Source: Promethearchaeota archaeon | GTDB lineage: Archaea > Asgardarchaeota > Lokiarchaeia > Sigyniarchaeales > SOKP01 | Assembly: GCA_048938895.1 (NCBI GenBank) | Contig: JBHLLU010000007.1 | Coordinates: forward strand, 1 to 64,000 | Reading direction: 5' to 3' | Length of the DNA stretch: 64,000 bases | Part shown: one piece after another, positions 61,050 through 64,000 of the stretch | Layout: each line of letters begins with the position of its first letter | How positions within the stretch are numbered: the first letter of the stretch is position 1 | The notes under the pieces: model-generated | Told to the model about the DNA's origin: nothing | Databases searched by the model: none | The model's input: only the letters and a program-made list of their open reading frames with translations | Made by a program: the position numbers and the translations under genes

Positions 61050-61159
61050 AGAATTTTAAAATGAGTCTAAATTCACATAATTAATTTAAAATGATTTATT
61101 GTTCAAGTACTTTATGAATTTATTTTCAATTTTTCTAAAAAATATGATGGTGTCTACTT

Positions 61160-62104
61160 ATAGCATCAAAATCTAAAGGTTTAATCTTCAAAATTGAGAG
61201 AATGGCTACTGACGATGGCCCTGGTATTCGTACGACAATTTTTTTTAATTATTGTCCCTTAAATTGCATTTGGTGTCATAATCCAGAATCCATTCCAAAG
61301 AAACCTCAACTTCAATGGATAGATCGTAAATGTATTGGTTGTAATAGTTGTGTAGATGCTTGCCAAGAGAATATCCTATTTTTTGAAGAAGATGGTTTAC
61401 ATATTAATAGAGAGAAATGTACTAGTTGTGGAGATTGTGCAGAAGCCTGTCCAAGTACGGCATTAACTATGTGGGGTAAGTGGTGGGATCTAGATATTCT
61501 TTTTCGCGATATTGAGAAAGAAAAAATATTTTTTGATAAAACAAGAGGAGGTATTACCGTTTCTGGTGGTGAACCTACATTTCAAGCAGATTTTCTCTTA
61601 CAGTTATTAAAATTATGTAAGGAAAATGACATTACTACTGCTTTAGATACTTGTGGATATTCAAGTAAAAAAGTTTATCAAGATTTATTACCCTACGTTG
61701 ATATTGTCCTTTTAGATATAAAAGTCATTGATCCTAAAAAACATGAAGAATATACGGGTGTTCCAAATAAAATAATTTTAGATAATGCTAAATGGATTTC
61801 ACGTTATATCAAAGAAAATGGAAAAGTTATGTGGATAAGAACACCAATAATTCCTCACTATACTGCAACTAAAGAGAATGTTAAAGGAATTGGAGAATTC
61901 ATTGTAAATGAATTAAATAATATTCCTGATCAATGGGATCTATTAAGTTTTAATAAACTATGCGAAATTAAATATTCAAGGTTAGGTCAACCATGGCCTT
62001 TAAAGGATGAGCCCTTAATGACAAAAGAAGAGATGGAAAATTTTCTTGAAATTGCTAAAAATACAGGTGTCAAAAACGTTAAGTGGTCTGGTTTAACTCG
62101 TTGA
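61160..62104 (+). CDS. Glycyl-radical enzyme activating protein (radical SAM with ferredoxin insert); probable ATA start
   Basis: KGLIFKIER...DGPGIRTTIF, CPLNCIWCHNPE, two CxxCxxCxxxC motifs, SGGEP and DTCG. Confidence 0.93.
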   Translation: MASKSKGLIFKIERMATDDGPGIRTTIFFNYCPLNCIWCHNPESIPKKPQLQWIDRKCIGCNSCVDACQENILFFEEDGLHINREKCTSCGDCAEACPSTALTMWGKWWDLDILFRDIEKEKIFFDKTRGGITVSGGEPTFQADFLLQLLKLCKENDITTALDTCGYSSKKVYQDLLPYVDIVLLDIKVIDPKKHEEYTGVPNKIILDNAKWISRYIKENGKVMWIRTPIIPHYTATKENVKGIGEFIVNELNNIPDQWDLLSFNKLCEIKYSRLGQPWPLKDEPLMTKEEMENFLEIAKNTGVKNVKWSGLTR

Positions 62105-62256
62105 ATCGAAAAAAAACGAATTGCAAATCCTCTATTTCTTATATTTTATATTAAAATATCATTCTCATTTCACATCTTAAACAAGAATATGATCTTGAGT
62201 TTTTTAATTTAAGATTGAAAAATAAAATAGAAAAAATTAAAAAAGTAAAATAAAAT

Positions 62257-64000
62257 TTATATTTCATTGAATACTGTTCTTGCGATAATATCATCCTGAA
62301 GTTCTTTTCTTAGATCTATGAATCGAGCAGAATAACCTGAGACTTTAACGGAAAGATCAGGATATTTCTCTGGATGAGCTTGAGCGTCTCTTAATGTTTC
62401 TGAACTTATTGGATTTATCTGAAGCTCTCGACCTCCCATCTCTAAATAAGCCTCCACTATAGAAGTTAAATGTTCGAGTCCCTCATCTGTTTCTAGTATA
62501 TTCGGATTGATTCTAATATTCATAGTTGCTCCATTCGTTAAATGAGGGTCAGCTGTAGCATAGGCTACTGATCGAAGTGTCATAGTAAGCCCATTCTTTT
62601 CCATACCGTTTGCAGGAGAAATACCATTTGATACAGGTTCATAGGCTAATCTTCCATCTGCAGTCGCCCCCAATGCTTTACCTTCCATAACTTGTGTTCC
62701 GGAAGATACAAGACAATTATGATATATACCATCACCGCCTCTTGCTTTATATTTTCTTGTAATATCACATATAGTAGATGCAACCCATTTTGCTAACTCG
62801 TCTACCTTTTCATCACCATTACCGTATTTGGGAGCTTTATTTCGTAATTTTTCTCGAAGTTCTTCCGCCCCCTTGAAATTATTATTCATATGGTTAACTA
62901 ATTCTTCCATGCTCACTAATTTCTCTTCAAAAACTGCCCATCGAATTGCTGCTAAGGAGTCTGCGACACCACCAAGTCCTTGAGACCCCATTGGGTTGTT
63001 GTTATATTTAGCTCCGTTTCTAGTTGCATCCATTCCGCTTTCGAGACATCCTTCTATCGTAGATGATAGCAATGGGGAAGGTAGGTAATCTGCAAATGCT
63101 TTATCCTTTAACTCAGCCTTTTGTACCGTGAGATCTATAGCAAATTTAAGCTGTTCTACATAAGCTTTCTTGACATCTTCAAAAGATTTAAAAGTTTTAG
63201 CTGGGGGTGTTTTCACTCCAACAGTTTTATTTCCTGAAAAAATAGTGCGTCCTTCATTTAATGCCATGTTAAGAAGGATTGAAATCTGAATAGCATTCCC
63301 TGCAGTATAAGAGAAATCATTACCAGTACCATGGGGTTCCACGCATCCCACAAGTGAATAATCTCTAGCATCCTCTAATGAATATCCAGTATTATGAAGT
63401 TGTGGGACTAGAACTTCATCATTATGAATGCCCATTCCAGCTGTATATTTAAAAGCTTCAATTGTCCTTTTCAGAAAATTATGGGGTGTCTTGGAAGAAA
63501 TTCGTATTGATATTGTATTTAATAAGCTTTTTACATTTGCAACAGCCTCAAGAAACATGTATGATACATCATTAGTAGCGTCATTTCCATCCTTGTCTAG
63601 TCCACCGATAGTTACATTATTCTGTCCTGCGATAACGACAGAAGCAAGTTTAACTAAATACTCCTCAACGAGTTCTAAAGCTTCTTCATAAGTAATACGG
63701 CCTTCGGCTAAATCAGCGGCATAATATGGGTAAAGATATTGGTCAACGCGTCCTTGAGAAAATATATTTCCTTCACCATAACTCATTTCCATGACGACAT
63801 TAGTCATCCATATTGATTGAAGTGCTTCTATAAATGTTCTTGGTGGAAGGGCAGGTACTCGTCTTGTGCGTTCAGCAATTTCTAAGAGTTCAGCCTTTCT
63901 TGTTTCTGAAGCATTTTCTGCCATTTCCACTGCAAGATCAGCATAACGATTGGAATAATCGCAGGCAGTTCTTGCTGCAACTACGACTGATTCATAAAAA
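62257..64000 (-). CDS. Glycyl radical enzyme (PFL2/dehydratase-like), 5' end outside the window
   Basis: GRVDQYLYPY, GCVEP Cys loop, GATADGR and VKVSGYS Gly loop; frame stays open to the window edge (FYESVVVAARTACDYSNRYADLA). Confidence 0.93.
   Translation of the reverse strand, partial: FYESVVVAARTACDYSNRYADLAVEMAENASETRKAELLEIAERTRRVPALPPRTFIEALQSIWMTNVVMEMSYGEGNIFSQGRVDQYLYPYYAADLAEGRITYEEALELVEEYLVKLASVVIAGQNNVTIGGLDKDGNDATNDVSYMFLEAVANVKSLLNTISIRISSKTPHNFLKRTIEAFKYTAGMGIHNDEVLVPQLHNTGYSLEDARDYSLVGCVEPHGTGNDFSYTAGNAIQISILLNMALNEGRTIFSGNKTVGVKTPPAKTFKSFEDVKKAYVEQLKFAIDLTVQKAELKDKAFADYLPSPLLSSTIEGCLESGMDATRNGAKYNNNPMGSQGLGGVADSLAAIRWAVFEEKLVSMEELVNHMNNNFKGAEELREKLRNKAPKYGNGDEKVDELAKWVASTICDITRKYKARGGDGIYHNCLVSSGTQVMEGKALGATADGRLAYEPVSNGISPANGMEKNGLTMTLRSVAYATADPHLTNGATMNIRINPNILETDEGLEHLTSIVEAYLEMGGRELQINPISSETLRDAQAHPEKYPDLSVKVSGYSARFIDLRKELQDDIIARTVFNEI

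Noticed and set aside
61045-61094. Imperfect direct repeat TTCACA...TTTAAAATGA near the TetR start
   Set aside because: AT-rich, unevenly spaced and not palindromic, so weak support as a TetR operator.
32196-62104. Selenocysteine read-through at TGA stops (tfb, 39044, 39554, 60264, 62104)
   Set aside because: These proteins end at natural-looking C-termini, and no continuing homology or SECIS element was recognised.
2311-63691. Numerous 60-120 aa ORFs nested in or antisense to long genes (e.g. 10890, 20573, 41458, 47802, 55562, 56303, 63428)
   Set aside because: They overlap well-supported CDSs and have the Ser/Phe/Ile-rich composition typical of shadow frames.
1-64000. CRISPR arrays, tRNA/rRNA genes, intact IS elements or integrases
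   Set aside because: No regularly spaced repeats, GC-rich structured intergenic islands or transposase motifs were seen. A covariance-model scan was not possible.

Overview
AT-rich archaeal chromosomal segment, most consistent with an Asgard archaeon (Lokiarchaeia-like). It combines archaeal information-processing genes (rpl7ae, rps28e, rpoE'/spt4/DUF359/rps24e/rps27ae/kae1/bud32, TFB, taw1, cca, aIF5B, a divergent EF-2 paralogue) with eukaryote-signature proteins: a gelsolin-domain protein, two roadblock proteins, three Rab/Rho-like GTPases, a Rag/Arf-like GTPase, a HEAT solenoid, and a 1072-aa pseudo-GTPase/alpha-solenoid. Metabolic genes include acs, a CoA-transferase-GNAT fusion, a class I aldolase, HAD phosphatases and a glycyl radical enzyme with its activase. 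No rRNA, tRNA, CRISPR array or intact mobile element was seen. Most interesting observations: (1) acs lies near a Pat-type acetyltransferase fused to a CoA-transferase domain that lacks its catalytic Glu, a candidate acyl-CoA-sensing acetylation switch; (2) several genes appear to start at ATA, 5-6 nt after a GGTGA-like Shine-Dalgarno (SD) site; (3) a tandem pair of GTPases with Rho-like features shares a 28-bp palindromic promoter element; (4) the pseudo-GTPase plus solenoid protein resembles the TRAPP large-subunit layout; (5) Taw1 carries an inserted winged-helix-like domain. All family calls come from recognising motifs by eye; no searches were run.
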